The notes below the pieces were generated by a model. That model was not told the origin of the DNA, did not search any database, and saw nothing but the letters and a program-made list of their open reading frames with translations. Shown piece after piece: positions 22,843-36,230 of a stretch of DNA of 64,000 nt. Within the stretch, counting starts at the first letter, position 1. Every line of letters starts with the position of its first letter. Source of the DNA: Octopus bimaculoides (taxonomy: Eukaryota); the NCBI RefSeq assembly GCF_001194135.2, contig NC_068992.1, positions 34,351,288-34,415,287 of the forward strand. Reading direction: 5' to 3'. A program made the translations under genes and the position numbers.

Positions 22843-25800
22843 GTTCTTTCTGCAACTAGTATTCACAAAACACTTGTATTTTACACACATATATATAGAG
22901 AGAATGTACATGCGTCAGTGTGTAAACATACATGAACACATGAACTTGTGCACACATGCACACTATATTTGTGTGTGTGTGAGAGAGAAAGAAAGTGAGA
23001 GAGATGGATAAAGAGAGTGCATAAGTGTATGTGTACTGTTTATGTACACACACACACACACATATTCAGTTGTTTTTGGCAAATAACATGAATTAATGTA
23101 TACTGAACGAGTTAACGCAGTTGCTTTGAAGTTATAGCAATATATGTTGCACTACAAGCTTCATGTGCTCAAAGAATCCAAACCTTGATACAGGTATGAG
23201 TCATATTTCACAATGTAAATAAAATCAGTAGATGAATGCAAATGTTAGTCTATCACTGCAAACTTCTCACAAGCTCTGCTACTTATTTTCAATAACTAGA
23301 TGGCCTGAAGCACATTTACATGTACAAGGAGACAAAAATACTCCTAAGGTGAGCATGAACACCCTGATCTTTGAATTTTGATATGTAGTCTATCACTTTA
23401 CATTCGCTGGTTTGCAGGCAAAATAGTAACGCTATCTATTTCTTCATTTTCTTTCAGTTACATAAGAACTAGAGAGAGATAAAAACCATTAGATTCTTCA
23501 GTCATCTTAGCAAATGAACTTATCAAAGTTCCCAAGAATTCTCTGACTGTCTAATTATTATTGTCATTGCAGGCCATCAATAGTTTCCTTGTACTCTAGA
23601 TTTTAACTTAAGCTACATTATCCAATTACTAATTTATCCACTGCTATGCAGCATGTTAAGATGTGTTTCTCTTCAGCGAGAAATTTTCTCCATTACAAAA
23701 TGTAATAACTGGCTTTCTTGTGGGTTCGAACGTGCCTCAAACATATTTGAACTGGTTACAAGTTTGTATTTATACACATCACTGCTTAGCAGTGTCACCC
23801 CATAAAGAAGTATATCTGTTAACTTGAGGACACAAAATGGCCAAGTTCATGAGGTTCTGAGCTTCATTCTATTGTATAACATCTTGGCATGCATCATTTA
23901 CCATAGTCTCTGGTCAGCCTGAGCCCTGTGTGTGAAATTGTATGGCTGGAAACAGTTGTGGGAGAGTGTTGATGGTTCTTGTTAGTCAAAGATCCAGCCT
24001 TATCACAAACAGCATCACTGATTTTTCCTGAAGTTTATTTTATTATTACTTGACATGTGCTTGGGAATATTCAGTCACTTACATGTTAATTCAATGAGCA
24101 GAGAGTTTAATTGATCATATATTCATTGTTATAACCATGACAATTCATTTACCTATTAATTATTTATGATTATTAATTGGAGAATCAGTACGATTTCTGT
24201 AGAATTTACTGACCAAAAAGCCATGAGTCAAACCTTCTGATGGTCTGTATGTTGCTCCCCTTTAAGCTAAACACATAACTGCCTGTTACAGAATATCTGA
24301 CAAACAAATCAAACTCCAATCACTACTATATTTTCAAACAGTAACTTGTTACTGCTGTTGCTAATTTTGTTGCTGTTGCTGCTACCACAACTGTTATTGT
24401 CTGAATCCATACCCAAGTCAGGTCTGATTAGCAGATTTAAGATCAAAAGTATTCTAACCACAGTAACATGAACCTCACCCATCCTTGTCTACATCTTCAT
24501 TATTTAGTACATCTGTCAGTTTTATTTAAAGATGACAAAAAGTGATTTGGAGTAGATTTGGCTGATATTCCTATTTGGTCTAGTAACTGCAATGTAACTA
24601 CATTATTGACTTTGTAAGAGGTTCAATATTAAGAATCTCTTTCGAGTGTAAAAATAATTGCTCCTTAAAATTGAAATCACACCTGTGTTAGTATGGAAAA
24701 CTGAATGTGACACAAATACAAAAAGACAGACAGAAAGACAGACACACACACACATCCAAACTGTGAGGTGAAATGTACTGCAAACTTCTTATCATTTCTC
24801 ACTGTACTTGAAAGCGGTTTCATACATTCAGCATCTCCTATCAAGGAAATATATACTCATTCATTCTTTTACTATCAAATAATGTGAAAATTATCAATAA
24901 AATCTTTACTTCAAACTATCACTTGTTGAAAAGTTCAAATTTACATTGAAATAGTTTGACATTGTACTGAAGTTCACCTCAGCTGTATAAAGATGGAGTT
25001 AAAGACATCACTGTAAATCTGTTTATTTAGACAACTTCTATTTTGTTTTTCACCTTCATGACTTTAGCTAATTACATTTGCTCTTCGTTTTTATTCTTTA
25101 CTGTAAGATACCATTTCCTGTAGACAAAAATTCACTGGGGTTTTTTAATTTATCAGAAGCATCTTTCTACAATAGTAACTCAATATTCAACAAAATATCT
25201 TGTATAGATACAGGAATCCTCATAATGCTAAGAATCTTGTGTTGTAACTATGTAGTTCCAAGTTCAGTCCCACTTTGAAACACATTGACTGATATGACAG
25301 ACTTGGCTTCAATAGTGTGTTTTTGAATGGAATTTAGTATATGGAATACAAGCATATACATGTGCACACATGCATACGTTCATACATATAAGCATATAAA
25401 CTAAAAGAGCATCAAAGAGTTAGCTAACTGCATTTATTGTTTAGTTTACACATATTTCATTAGCCTCAGTAAACCAGTTTTGTCTTATACCATTTCAGCA
25501 TTAACAAGTACTTATTTATCTCTGTGTACTGTGGAGATCCTCCCCAACAGTCCACATCAAAGATAACTTGTCCCAACATTACAACAAGCAATAAGCTAAT
25601 TGATTTCATCAAAAGTCACATATGCCCCTTTGATGTAATCATAAAAAAGGCAATTACATTTAAGCAGAATACCAGAAGAAAAAGATGAAAATAGATGGAA
25701 GAGTAACAGAAGAAATTAACAAAACAAATTATCTTGTCTCATATTACACTGACAGTACAAGGTTAATTAAACATGTAAACTAAGCTAAACATTAAATGCA

Positions 25801-26018
25801 GTTAACTAACTCCATTCATTGATGTTCTTTTTATTATATATGGTCTACAGATGTTCTTGTGGATTTTTGGATTACTGGTGTGGTGGCATCCTAGTGCATA
25901 TTCCCACTGTTTAACATTTAGATAGTCAACATCCAAGCAAGAAATTCATAAGGTACACATCTGCATTACTCATCCTAATTCATCTACATATACACATATG
26001 TATTTATGTGTACGTTCT

Positions 26019-26049
<31 letters not shown>

Positions 26050-26053
<4 letters not shown>

Positions 26054-26165
26054 TTTTATTTGTTTCAGTCATTTGACTGCAGCCATGCTGGAACACCACC
26101 TTTAGTCGAACAAATCGACCCCCGGTACTTATTCTATCGGTCTTTTATGCTGAACTGCTAATGTA
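26050..26165 (-). mobile_element. SINE family A, 3' fragment
   Basis: TTCTTTTATTTGTTTCAGTCATTTGACTGCAGCCATGCTGGA..TCGACCCCCGGTACTTATTCTATCGG. Confidence 0.75.
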
Positions 26166-27540
26166 CATTGTTCTTTGAAAGTGACGCTAGCAGCACCAAT
26201 GTAGCTCACTTCTGTTTGTCTTTCTTGTGAGACTGTTGCTTTATAGATTATGTTAGTGTGTAAGCAATTTCTGAGAAATGAGTTTATTCTACAACCAGTG
26301 AAGTTGCAATTTCATTCGGAGTGTTGAAAATGCTTAAATGTTCTATTATTTTATGATTGTATGGTGTGCTTAATGCTTTTGTGCAGCTGTGGCTGACTTT
26401 TATTTGTTTTTGTTGAATAATTTGTGGTATTTGTGGTTAATTTGGGAAGTACTTGCTGATTAGTTTTAGGAAGGTGTGTGCTACATTAGTTGCTCCATCC
26501 AAGTTGAAGGTTAGATTGAACCAGATGATGTTTTTTTTTTTTGGCATCTGTTTGTAATGCTTTTTTTATGTATTGCAGCTCTTCATTAAATCCACTTGTA
26601 GAATGCTACTGACTAGTCGAAGATATCCTTATCAGATGAAGTATTCAAGCTTCACCTGGTGATGTTGCAAATGAGGTTTTTATTATAGATGATAGATGGT
26701 TAGAATTTGTTTGTATATGAAGGTTTATCATTAGTCTTTCTGTAAGGGTAGTGTTTTCCAGTTGTCAGGTTCAATGTTACACCATGGTAGCTTACTATCG
26801 ATAGATTTGTTTTGCCATTATTTTTAGGTCTAGATCTTTGAATGCCTTTATTAGGTCTTTTCTAAACATAGTTTCGTTCATATTTTGGGATATGGCTAAA
26901 CTGCCATTCCTGTATAGGCCTAAGCTGGTGTTCAAGGATATTTTGCTTATCTGGTCTAGAATGTATATTCCTACAAGTTCACATGTTTCCACACCATCGA
27001 GTGACCCCATGATAACATCAAAGATGTCATCGTTATCTTTTTTAACCCATGTTGCGTTGTCATGTAATAATAGCGATATCATTGTGTGTGAATGATAACA
27101 TCTATATTTTGGTCACTGATTTCAGTGAAACCTTTAGTGTAGTTCAGTAATTTTAGCAGCAGGCACTTTCTAATGGATGGGTAGAAGTTGACGATACCAA
27201 AAAGTGTGAACTTGTAGGACTTTTTGTTATTTATGCTATCATTTATGTTATCAATGACATTTGTGGTGTAGTGCCATTGTTTGAGTCTGGTTGTTTGTCA
27301 GATTTTTGAGTTGATTTTTGCTAAGAACCTTTGACTTATTTTTCTTAATTATTTTTTGGTGGGATTTATTAGCTGACATTAGAGGTTGTTCATAAAGTCA
27401 GATTTGTTGTTTCTCAATGTTATACAAGCTTGTCGTTTTGCAAGGCTTTCTGTTCTATCGTTTGTCATTTTTTATTATTAGACCTTTGACTTTCCTGTTT
27501 AGTGTAATGTAAGTATTACAGCTTGCTTTTTTTAATGCAT
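26166..27540 (-). mobile_element. Penelope-like element, decayed RT plus GIY-YIG
   Basis: QW..TTNV..FTLFGIVNFYPSI; FDVIMGSLDGVETCELVGIYIL..GLYRNG (degenerate YRDD); NPPFN..TNV..FLKLISKYFP; NIIYKATV..SYIGAASVTFKE. Confidence 0.9.
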
Positions 27541-28095
27541 CTACCATCACCTATCAACTTACCACAAGCAAATTAATAACACTCCCTAACTGCAATTGCA
27601 TGAAATACAAATACCACACCATAGATACAACCTACAGCCCATGAAATAACATGAGTACCAAACCACCCATGCACAAAAACTGACATATGTATACAGCACC
27701 AATACAGAGTTATGTTAATTTGGACTGACGATCACACTGGCATGAAACTCAAGTCATGAAACAAACTCTCAATTTCAGCTTTAATCAATAAAAAATCTAT
27801 CTACATACTCTAGAACATGTGTTGAGCATTCTTTTATTTTTTTGACATTAAGTAATATACATATACATATAGATATAGGTATCCATCATGTTACGGCCAC
27901 TTCAGGTTACAGAATTTTGTGCTTTGGAAATTGTGAAATATGACAACTAATTTCAGGACAGTCTGTAATTTATCCCATATGAAAAACCAGATAAATATTA
28001 AAAAAAATTAAATCTACATTTTCTTTTAGAGAAAAGCCGCTTCTCAACGTTTTATTTGAGTATAGTTAACAATTTGAAAAGCAATAATCATGAAA

Positions 28096-28390
28096 CATCA
28101 TCATCATCATCACCAACATCATCATCGTTATCATGATCATCGTCATTATCGTCGTCGTCATCATCATTATCTTTAACATCTGGCATGGGTTAGATTGTTT
28201 GACAAGAGCTGGCCAGCTTCTGGGCTCTATGTTGTCTGTTTTCTTTAGTTTCTTATGACTGGATGTCCTTCCTAATGCCAACAACTTTACAGAGTGTATT
28301 GGGTGTTTTTAGTATGGCACTAGTACAGGCACTTTTAGGTGGCACTGGCACAAGCACTTTTATGTGACACCAGCATAAGCGCTTTTACGT
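28096..28390 (-). mobile_element. Older RTE-type 3' UTR with degenerate (GAT)n tail
   Basis: (CAT)n on the plus strand, then TTTAAC..TGGCATGGGTT..CTGGATGTCCTTCCTAATGCCAAC..ACAGAGTGTA.TGGGTG. Confidence 0.75.
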
Positions 28391-28419
28391 GACACTGGAA
28401 GATATATATATATTTGTGT

Positions 28420-29126
28420 GTGTGTGTGAACATGTGATATGGTTGTCTTGGAGAAAAGGTGGAGATGAATGGCTTGTGAAAGCAGTACAGGCCATGTACA
28501 AGGGTGCTATTAGAAAGTTAAAAGTTAGCTATGCATACAGTGATGAATTTAGTGTATTGGTAGGTGTTCACCAAGGCTTGGTCCTCAGCCTCCTCTTATT
28601 CATCATTGTCTTCTAGACCATGACAGAGGAATTTAAGACTGGACGTCCGTGGGAACTACTATATGCTTATGATCTTACCCTCTTATCAGAATCTGTAACA
28701 GAATTAGAAAAGAAATTTCAGGTGTGGAAACAGAATCTGGAAGTCTTAAAGTTATCTTAACGAAGACCAAGGTCCTCGTAAGGAAGAAGTCAGGCAGGAC
28801 CCTTCATCCTTCAGGTAAATGGCCCTGCACAGTATGTAGACAGGGTTTGTACCCCGTGCAATCTATGGACACACAAGAACTACAGTAAAATAGGAGGAAG
28901 GTTAACAGAGAAAGTAGTGTTTGTAAGTGGCCATAAAGATTACAGATACATAGAAAACTGATTTCCTCAAATGTCCTGGAGACTATCTAGAAGTTGCAAA
29001 TAATTTCTGCTACTTAGGTAACCTAATTAGAAGTGGAGGAGGTTGTACAGAAAGAGTAATTGCTAGAATAAGATTAGGATGGAGAAAGTCTAGAAAACTT
29101 TTACTAATGTTGGCAACCAAAGGTCT

Positions 29127-29169
<43 letters not shown>

Positions 29170-29806
29170 AGTGAAAGGAAGATTGTATGATGCATGAGTA
29201 CAAACAGCAATGCTACATGGTAGTGAGGCATGGGCTCTGAATGGAGAGGATATGCAATAACTAGAGAAGAATGAAGCTGGTATGCCCACTAGATGTGCAA
29301 TATCAATATATATATGTAACAGAATGCGAGTGTATGGAGAGAAAAGTTAGGCATAATAGGAAATATATGCAGTGCGCAAGAGAGGAGACTGCACTGATGT
29401 GCAGAGAAGAGGACAGTTGCATAAAGAAGTGCTGATCACTTAAAGTGGAGGGAACTTGTGGAAAAGGGTGACCCAGAAAGATATGGGCTAAAATATTGAA
29501 GGCTGATCTCAAAATGCTGAGCTATATGAAGGAGAGGACAGAGGACTGAGACATGTGGTGCATTGCTGCAGTTATGAAGACCTAACTACCACAACAGAAT
29601 TGATATCCTAAAACGAAGGTGCCACATAAAAAGCACCCAGTACACTCTGTACATTGTTTGGTGTTGGGAAGGGAATTCAGCTCTAGAAGCCATGCCAAAC
29701 AGATCACGGAGTGTGGTGCAGCCCCAGGCCTTGCCAGTTCCTATCAAATCATCCAAGACATGCCAGCATGGAAAACAGCTGTTAAATGATGATGATGATG
29801 ATGATG
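28420..29806 (+). mobile_element. 5'-truncated RTE-clade LINE (RT C-terminal half, 3' UTR, (GAT)n)
   Basis: DEWLVKAVQAMY..VGVHQGLVLSLLLFIIV..EEFKTGRPWELLYAYDL; KWPCTVCRQ finger remnant; FCYLG; tail GCATGGAAAACAGCTGTTAAAT(GAT)n. Interrupted by (CT)n at 29128-29166. Confidence 0.9.
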
Positions 29807-29816
29807 TTAAATATAG

Positions 29817-29980
29817 GTGTGCATGTGTGTGTGTGTGTGTGCGTGTGTGTGTGTGTGTGCGTGTGTGCTTGCGTGTGTGTGTGTGTGCATGTGTGTGCAG
29901 AGAGTAGATAAATCGATGACAGCTAAATACTCAAAGTGGTTCAAGAAAATATGCATGCACAAACACACACTCACATACAC

Positions 29981-30056
<76 letters not shown>
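29817..30056. repeat. Opposed (GT)n and (CA)n microsatellites
   Basis: GT/GTGC array 29817-29897; CA array about 29960-30056. Confidence 0.95.
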
Positions 30057-30058
<2 letters not shown>

Positions 30059-31254
30059 GAGACTGAATCTTGTGTAAGATATAACAAAGAACTAAGAGAA
30101 ATGCTAATAAGTTATGTTTGAGAAAGCCTATCTGACCCATGCAAGCACGCAAAATGTATGTAATGTTGATAATATCAATTAAAGGGAATATTTTGATTTT
30201 ATTTGTTGAGTTAGATATTATCAAATAAACAGAGTCAGTATTTTATTGCTACTTATTTTCTCATTCTCTCAATGACCATTAGTCCAGTTAATTTATCAAT
30301 TTTGAAAATCGTGTATGTTTAATTTAATATATCTTAAAGCAAAGTCAAATCAGTGTATATTTTATCATTAAAAGATTCATTACATATTTATAGAAAGAAA
30401 GCACTATAAATATACTAAATATTCAGCATAACAGAAAGAAAAAGAAAACTAAAAACTATCTCCAATGTTTTTAATAAGTTAGGGTATTGATGTGTGATTA
30501 ATTATTACTGCACAACTAATTCATTGATAAGTACCTGCCATAGGCTTGTTGATACCTTTTCCCGTTTTTGTGGGACATTTAGCTTATGAAGCTAAAAAGA
30601 ATTAGAAGGAAGCAGAAATATTACTGCATGTAATTGATTAGCATATATACAAGGAATACACACACATACACACACACACACACAAAAAAAACGACACATC
30701 ACATATTTAGGAGAAGGCTTATCAAAAAAAAAAAAAATACTATCTCCAAATTTGAAGCCACAACTATCAGCCTGGTTAAATTGGTTTATCTTCAGATAAA
30801 TTAACTGAGGGAGCCTTTCATTCAAAATCTTAGTAATTTTTGACTGAAACTTGACATAACCATGCAGAGAGTTACTACAAACAACATGACCAAACACAAC
30901 AACATCAACAACACAACTGAGGAACAGAATGAAAACAACAATATAACAGTTCAACAGGTTCTTTGTAGCTGTAGTTATAGAAGAAACTGTAACTACAAAA
31001 CACATTCCTTCAAGTTATGAAAGAAAACGTACAAATCTGCTCATGCACTGACTCCAAATACTGCACATATAAACACAAACATGCAAAAATACCATTGATG
31101 TTGTTGAAATTCCAATGGAATGAGCCTTGGATCTAGGTTAGAAGCCAACTCTTTCTCTATTGGCAAGAAATCTTGAAATAAACTGAATAATGACATAACA
31201 TGCATGCATGTCATGTCATTATTCAGTTTTATTTATGTATACTTGCATGCATAC

Positions 31255-31441
31255 ATATGTATATGCATACATACATGCATACATACATACATACATACAT
31301 ACATACATACATACATTAGCATGACACATTGAGCAGGTGTTCTCGGTCCAAATCTCATGTTTCATAAGTGAAATCTGTTAGATAGGAACTTTGCAAGCCT
31401 GCATAGAAGACCAATATTAAACAATGATGATGATGATGATG
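31255..31441 (+). repeat. (CATA)n followed by a short LINE-like 3' tail ending in (GAT)n
   Basis: CATA array 31255-31315; ATATTAAACAAT(GAT)n at 31415-31441. Confidence 0.6.
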
Positions 31442-31519
31442 CCATGTGTACAAATAAGTATATATGTGTGAATAATAATTTCAATTGAGAAAGATATCAG
31501 AAAAGGAAACAACATCTCT

Positions 31520-32290
31520 CCATAGAAACGGTCATTAGAGACATCGACTGGACATGTGGCATGAACATCAACAACAAGCTACTAACATAACCCCAGTTCA
31601 CAGATGACAAGACTCACCATTGTGATAACAGATTGGTTGCAGACAGAGCTGGACAACTATAAGTGAGCAGTAGGCCTTAAAGTAAACAGCATGAAAACAA
31701 AATACATGCAATGTGAAAATGTAGCACAAGGCAGAATAGGAGTGAGGAGTGATAAACTGAGGAGGTAAAGGAGTATGTCTGCACACAGTGAACATGCACT
31801 AAGGCATGAATGCTGAAATCTTGACGGGAATAAGGGCAGGATAAAAGGCATTTGCCCCAGTAGAGTATGTGCTGAAAGCAAACCTACCCAAGACCACATG
31901 TATCAGGCTCTTCAATGGCTCTATCGTACCTGTGCTCTGATTTGCAAATGAGATGTGAGATACTATGAAGAAGAAGAACATTGATTGTCTATAATGCAAA
32001 GGGTCACAGAAAGAACCATGCAAGGAATATCATTGTGAAAGCATGTCCAAAATGTGATAATTTTAAAATGATATGAGTACAGAGTATCAAAAGTACAAGT
32101 CCCACTGAGCCATATGCAAGTTGCAAGTTCACAAGAGAATAGGTAGACCAATTCAGTTGCAAAGTGGCGTCCAAGAAATTGGAAAAACTACTTGGAAGGT
32201 CCCCATGATGTTGGGAAAGCAACTTAATTAAATGATTTGGGCCAAGATGGAAAAGCATGATGCAATGAAGAAAGAATATAAAGCACATTG
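31520..32290 (+). mobile_element. Heavily decayed RTE-type RT fragment (second subfamily)
   Basis: QFTDD; LQTELDNY..VGLKVNSMKTKYM; EVKEYV; EI..GIRAG..AF remnants across frameshifts. Confidence 0.6.
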
Positions 32291-32535
32291 GATGGATGGA
32301 TGGATGGATGGATGCACAGATGGATGTGTAGGTGGAGAGGTAGGTAAGTAGATAAGTAGGTAAGGAGGTAGATAAGCAGGTAGGTAGATAAGTAGGCAGG
32401 TGGGTTGGTGGACAGATGGACAGACAGGCAGACAGATAGACAGATAGTTAGATAGATAGATAGATTGATAGATAGATAAATAGGTAGGTAAACAGACAGA
32501 CAGACAGATAGCTAGATAGACAGATAGATAGACAC
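32290..32535. repeat. Compound tetranucleotide microsatellite (GGAT/GGTA/GACA/GATA)
   Basis: Direct reading of the arrays. Confidence 0.95.
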
Positions 32536-32670
32536 ATTGACAGGCAGATGCATAACACATATGTCTAGAAGTATACAAGTACCCCACTGATTATCTGGCA
32601 ACTGATTGTTTGGTACCTCCTTTAATATATGGATAAATTGTGAGGGGAAACTTGAAATTCACATGGCTGT

Positions 32671-33574
32671 CAGTGTAGATCACTGCTGGCCCCCAGGTGG
32701 CATTGTGTGTACTATGTGTTTACATGCATTAATTGCCCAAGTTTTCAGAGAGAATTCTGAAAATTTATTTTAAAGTTATCCTTAGCTATGGCTACTACAG
32801 GTAAGAAATCTGTGAATGTTAGAGGCAGTTTCAAATGTAAACACTGCTACCAACACAAACATGACAACAGCCACCACCATCACCAGCATGATGGTGTGTT
32901 GTAGAATGTGATTTTAACTCATGTAGTTCTTGGTCCCTCATAACTCCATATTTATTTCTCAGTCCCTCATATCTCTATATTTATTTCTTGATCTTTCTTT
33001 TACATGGGCTCCTTCTTACTTGGAAAGCTTGACACTTTCTAAGGCAAATGTCATCCCTCCTTCATATTTCTCCAGTCTAACTCAAACATTTCTGCTGCAT
33101 CACATATGATACTTCAAATGTCCAATGTTTACTCTCAGCTCATTATTGTGTTCTGTCATTCAATTACACTAACTTTATACAACTAGCATTATGTTGCCTC
33201 GTTTCTTTCTAGCCTTTCACATTCAATAGCCATCTTATTCTAGTCTGGCACTTATGCTTTCAGAACATCCCTCTCCCTTCTACAGCTAGATATACCACCT
33301 TAGTAACAGCAGCCATCAGCTGCTAGGAAATATGAATGTTTGAAGCAATTAATTTCATGGTGCTCTTACTGCTGACTACTCAAGTACAGTCGTTTTGAGA
33401 CATTGTGGTGAGGCAGTTATAACTAACATTCACAGATTTCTTACCTATAGTAGCCATAGCTAAGGATAACTTTAAAATAAATTTCCAGAATTCTCTCTGA
33501 AAACTTGGGCAATTTATGCATATAAACACATAGTACACACAATGCCACCTGGAGGCCAGCAGTGATCTACACTG
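32671..33574. mobile_element. Probable non-autonomous TIR element, ~900 bp with ~150-bp inverted arms
   Basis: 32671-32822 is the reverse complement of 33423-33574 with a few mismatches; termini CAGTG..CACTG; no clean TSD. Confidence 0.7.
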
Positions 33575-33575
33575 G

Positions 33576-33979
33576 AGGCGCAGGAGTGGCTGTGTGGTAA
33601 GTAGTTTGCTTACCAACCACATGGTTCTGGGTTCATTCCCACTGTGTGGCATCTTGGGCAAGTGTCTTCTACTATAGCTTCGGGCCAACCAAAGCCTTGT
33701 GAGTGGATTTGGTAGACGGAAACTGAAAGAAGTCTGTCGTATATATGTATATATATATATGTATGTGTGTGTGTGTGTTTGTGTGTCTGTCCCCACAACA
33801 TCGCTTGACAACCAATGCTGGTGTGTTTACATCCCCGTAACTTAGCGGTTCGGCAAAAGAGACCGATAGAATAAGTACTAAGCTTACAAAGAATAAGTCC
33901 TGGGGTCGATTTGCTCAACTAAAGGCAGTGCTCCAGCATGACCGCAGTCAATTGACTGAAACAAGTAAAAGATAAAAGA
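33576..33979 (+). mobile_element. Full-length tRNA-derived SINE, family A
   Basis: A box TGGCTGTGTGGTA, B box GGTTCATTCCC, CTTGGGCAAGTGTCTT, internal TA/GT microsatellite, tail GACTGAAACAAGTAAAAGATAAAAGA. Confidence 0.9.
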
Positions 33980-34239
33980 GTATCATAATTTTTGAATATC
34001 ATTACAATACTTCTAATAAGTTGACCTACCAATTTTTTTTTATTCTAGATTAAAGGAGATAACTGTAACAGTACTTTGAACACACCCTACTAAACACTGC
34101 TTGTCACAGATGACTAGTTTGCAGAATATAGTTGGGATGTGAGGAAGCTTGCTATGCAATAAAGCTTTGGGCTGAACAGAGCAAAGATGCTTCAGGAACA
34201 TATGAAATACTCCAGACTGCTTTTTGATTAAGTTTGCTT

Positions 34240-34495
34240 TCAGCACAAGAGGGTCAAGAATGGTAAAGAAGAGGTAGAAATGATGAGAGATATAGGAGGG
34301 AGAGGGACATTAAAACATCAGAGCTGGTTGAGAAAATTCGCTATTTTCTAGATGAAGACCATAGTGTGTCTATAAAGACAAAAAGCATACAGTCTGGAGT
34401 TGATGTGGCAACTGTACACAGAATTATTCATGAAGATCTAAACACGCACAAAATTTTTGCAAAGTTTGTTCTTAGGGTGCTCAGTGATGAGCATT
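34240..34495 (+). pseudogene. mariner transposase N-terminal (HTH) fragment
   Basis: KRVKNGKEEVE..; KTSELVEKIRYFLDEDHSVSIK..GVDVATVHRIIHEDLNTHKIFAKFVLRVLSDE matches the mariner pattern DRR.T..IA..GIS.GTVH.IL...L.M.K..AKWVP..L. Confidence 0.8.
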
Positions 34496-35939
34496 TGAAG
34501 TTCATAAATCTTTGAAGTTAATAAATGTTAACAAATGTTAATGAACGTCTGGGATGCATCTTGACCCCTCTTCTCTAACTTGTTATCCTACTACACCTCT
34601 TCTGCATCCATAATGTATACTGGGTATAGAATTTAAAATCCTACATACGTTTTTCTTTTTGCATATCATATGGTAGCAGAGTCCTATAATCTTTCCTGCT
34701 AACCAAAATGTTTGTCCTTGCTCATATTACTTCAAGTCTTCTACATTTTAGGATTTGCTTTCACTTGAATTTCTTCTCTTAATCTTGATCATCAAAATAG
34801 AGAAGTTCCCATAGGCAGCCAATCTTTAAAATCTCAGTCATAAAATGTTTGGTCTGAGAACTGAGCTTTGTTGGATACCTACATGCATGTTAAATTCCTT
34901 AGCAAATTTGTGCTAAACATTCAGATTACAGACAGCATTTCTATATATTACTAGTATAGCTGTCTCTAGCAAATTATTTACACCCACATTTCATTGAGAC
35001 CGCCAGATTGCATATCATGATAATCTGTTCTTGAGTAGCATTCCTTAACTTCTCCAAATCAAGAAATTCTAGTCAAAGTAATTTTTCTTTTTTCTAAGAA
35101 CTTCTGTTGAGGCTTCACTAGGAAGAGATCATCAGTGGATCTTGTTTACACACAAACAAGAACAACATAATTACATATACAATGATGGGTTGTACCTAAT
35201 TTTGGTGCCTTTTTACAGCAAAGTAGAGGAACCCTTTGGCTAGTATTACAATCATGAAAAGATTCAGTGAGTTGTTTCCATTAAGAAATTATTGCCAGAA
35301 TCATTTCTATTTGGCATTTTTGATGCAGTAAAAAATATTTGAAACGTAGCAATTTAATATTTTTTTCCCTTTTTAAAATTGAATAGTCTGATCTAAAAAA
35401 AAACAAAAAAAAAACAGAGACCTCTAAAATAAATAATAAAATAGAAATTATTAAAAAATCTGCAATTCAACTAAGTAAAAAAAGAACAATAAATGAATTT
35501 TGTTTCTAGAATATTTTCTTTTTGTTTCTAATTTAGAACATAATCAGAGCTGAAGATCTGCCAAAACTTTTTCTTTTTCAAATCATCAATTACTGAGTTA
35601 TGATCAGACTTGTGTCAGTCTTGATATATTGCATATAACTTATTTTAAATAAATAAATATAGAAATGAATACATTATTAATTGGTCTAAAGATGCATACT
35701 GTTTTAGTTTGCAACTTTCGAACTGAATTTGAATCAAGTAAAGCAATTTCAGTTTCTTGAAAGAGTTAAGCAGTAAAAGTATAGTGTATGTAAGTGTATG
35801 TATATAGTTCAGAAATCTGCTACATAAATGAGAGTGTATGTAAGTGTGTATATCACCAAAAGGATCTGAAATTGTGTATCATCAAGAAAAATGGATTTGA
35901 TTTTCAAAATTTGCATCCCAAGAAGATTTAGACCTACCA

Positions 35940-36230
35940 ACACTACACAACCTCATTCAATTAGTTGTGAAAAATATGATTGAAGCTGTCCTTACAACAG
36001 GATGTGATAAAGGAGAGGATCCCCCAAATTCCTCTTATCCCTCTGATGTGCCATTTCAGTTCCAAAGACTTCAACTTCCAGTGAGTCTTAAAGGGCGAAC
36101 ATTTTCAGTTGCCAGTTTACACCTTGAAGTGTCCCATTTTGCACATGATCAGCTTTATGTTGGACGTTCAAGGGTAGGAAGTAAGAAAAAGTTTTTCATT
36201 CATGCACCAAAAGCAAAAAAACATTATTTA
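35940..36230 (+). pseudogene. Helitron Pif1-like helicase C-terminal fragment with internal deletions
   Basis: KNMIEAVLTTG..GED..PSDVPFQFQRLQLPV..KGRTF.VA.L.L...FAHDQLYVGRSRVG....IHAP; the FAMTINKSQ motif is deleted. Confidence 0.85.

Noticed and set aside
27724-27770. CTGACGA..GAAACTCAAGTC hammerhead-like string next to a PLE
   Set aside because: Neither stem I nor stem II pairs.
30880-31010. N-rich stretch ending in CSCSYRRNC, similar to a PLE linker
   Set aside because: No adjoining GIY-YIG or RT motifs were recognised.
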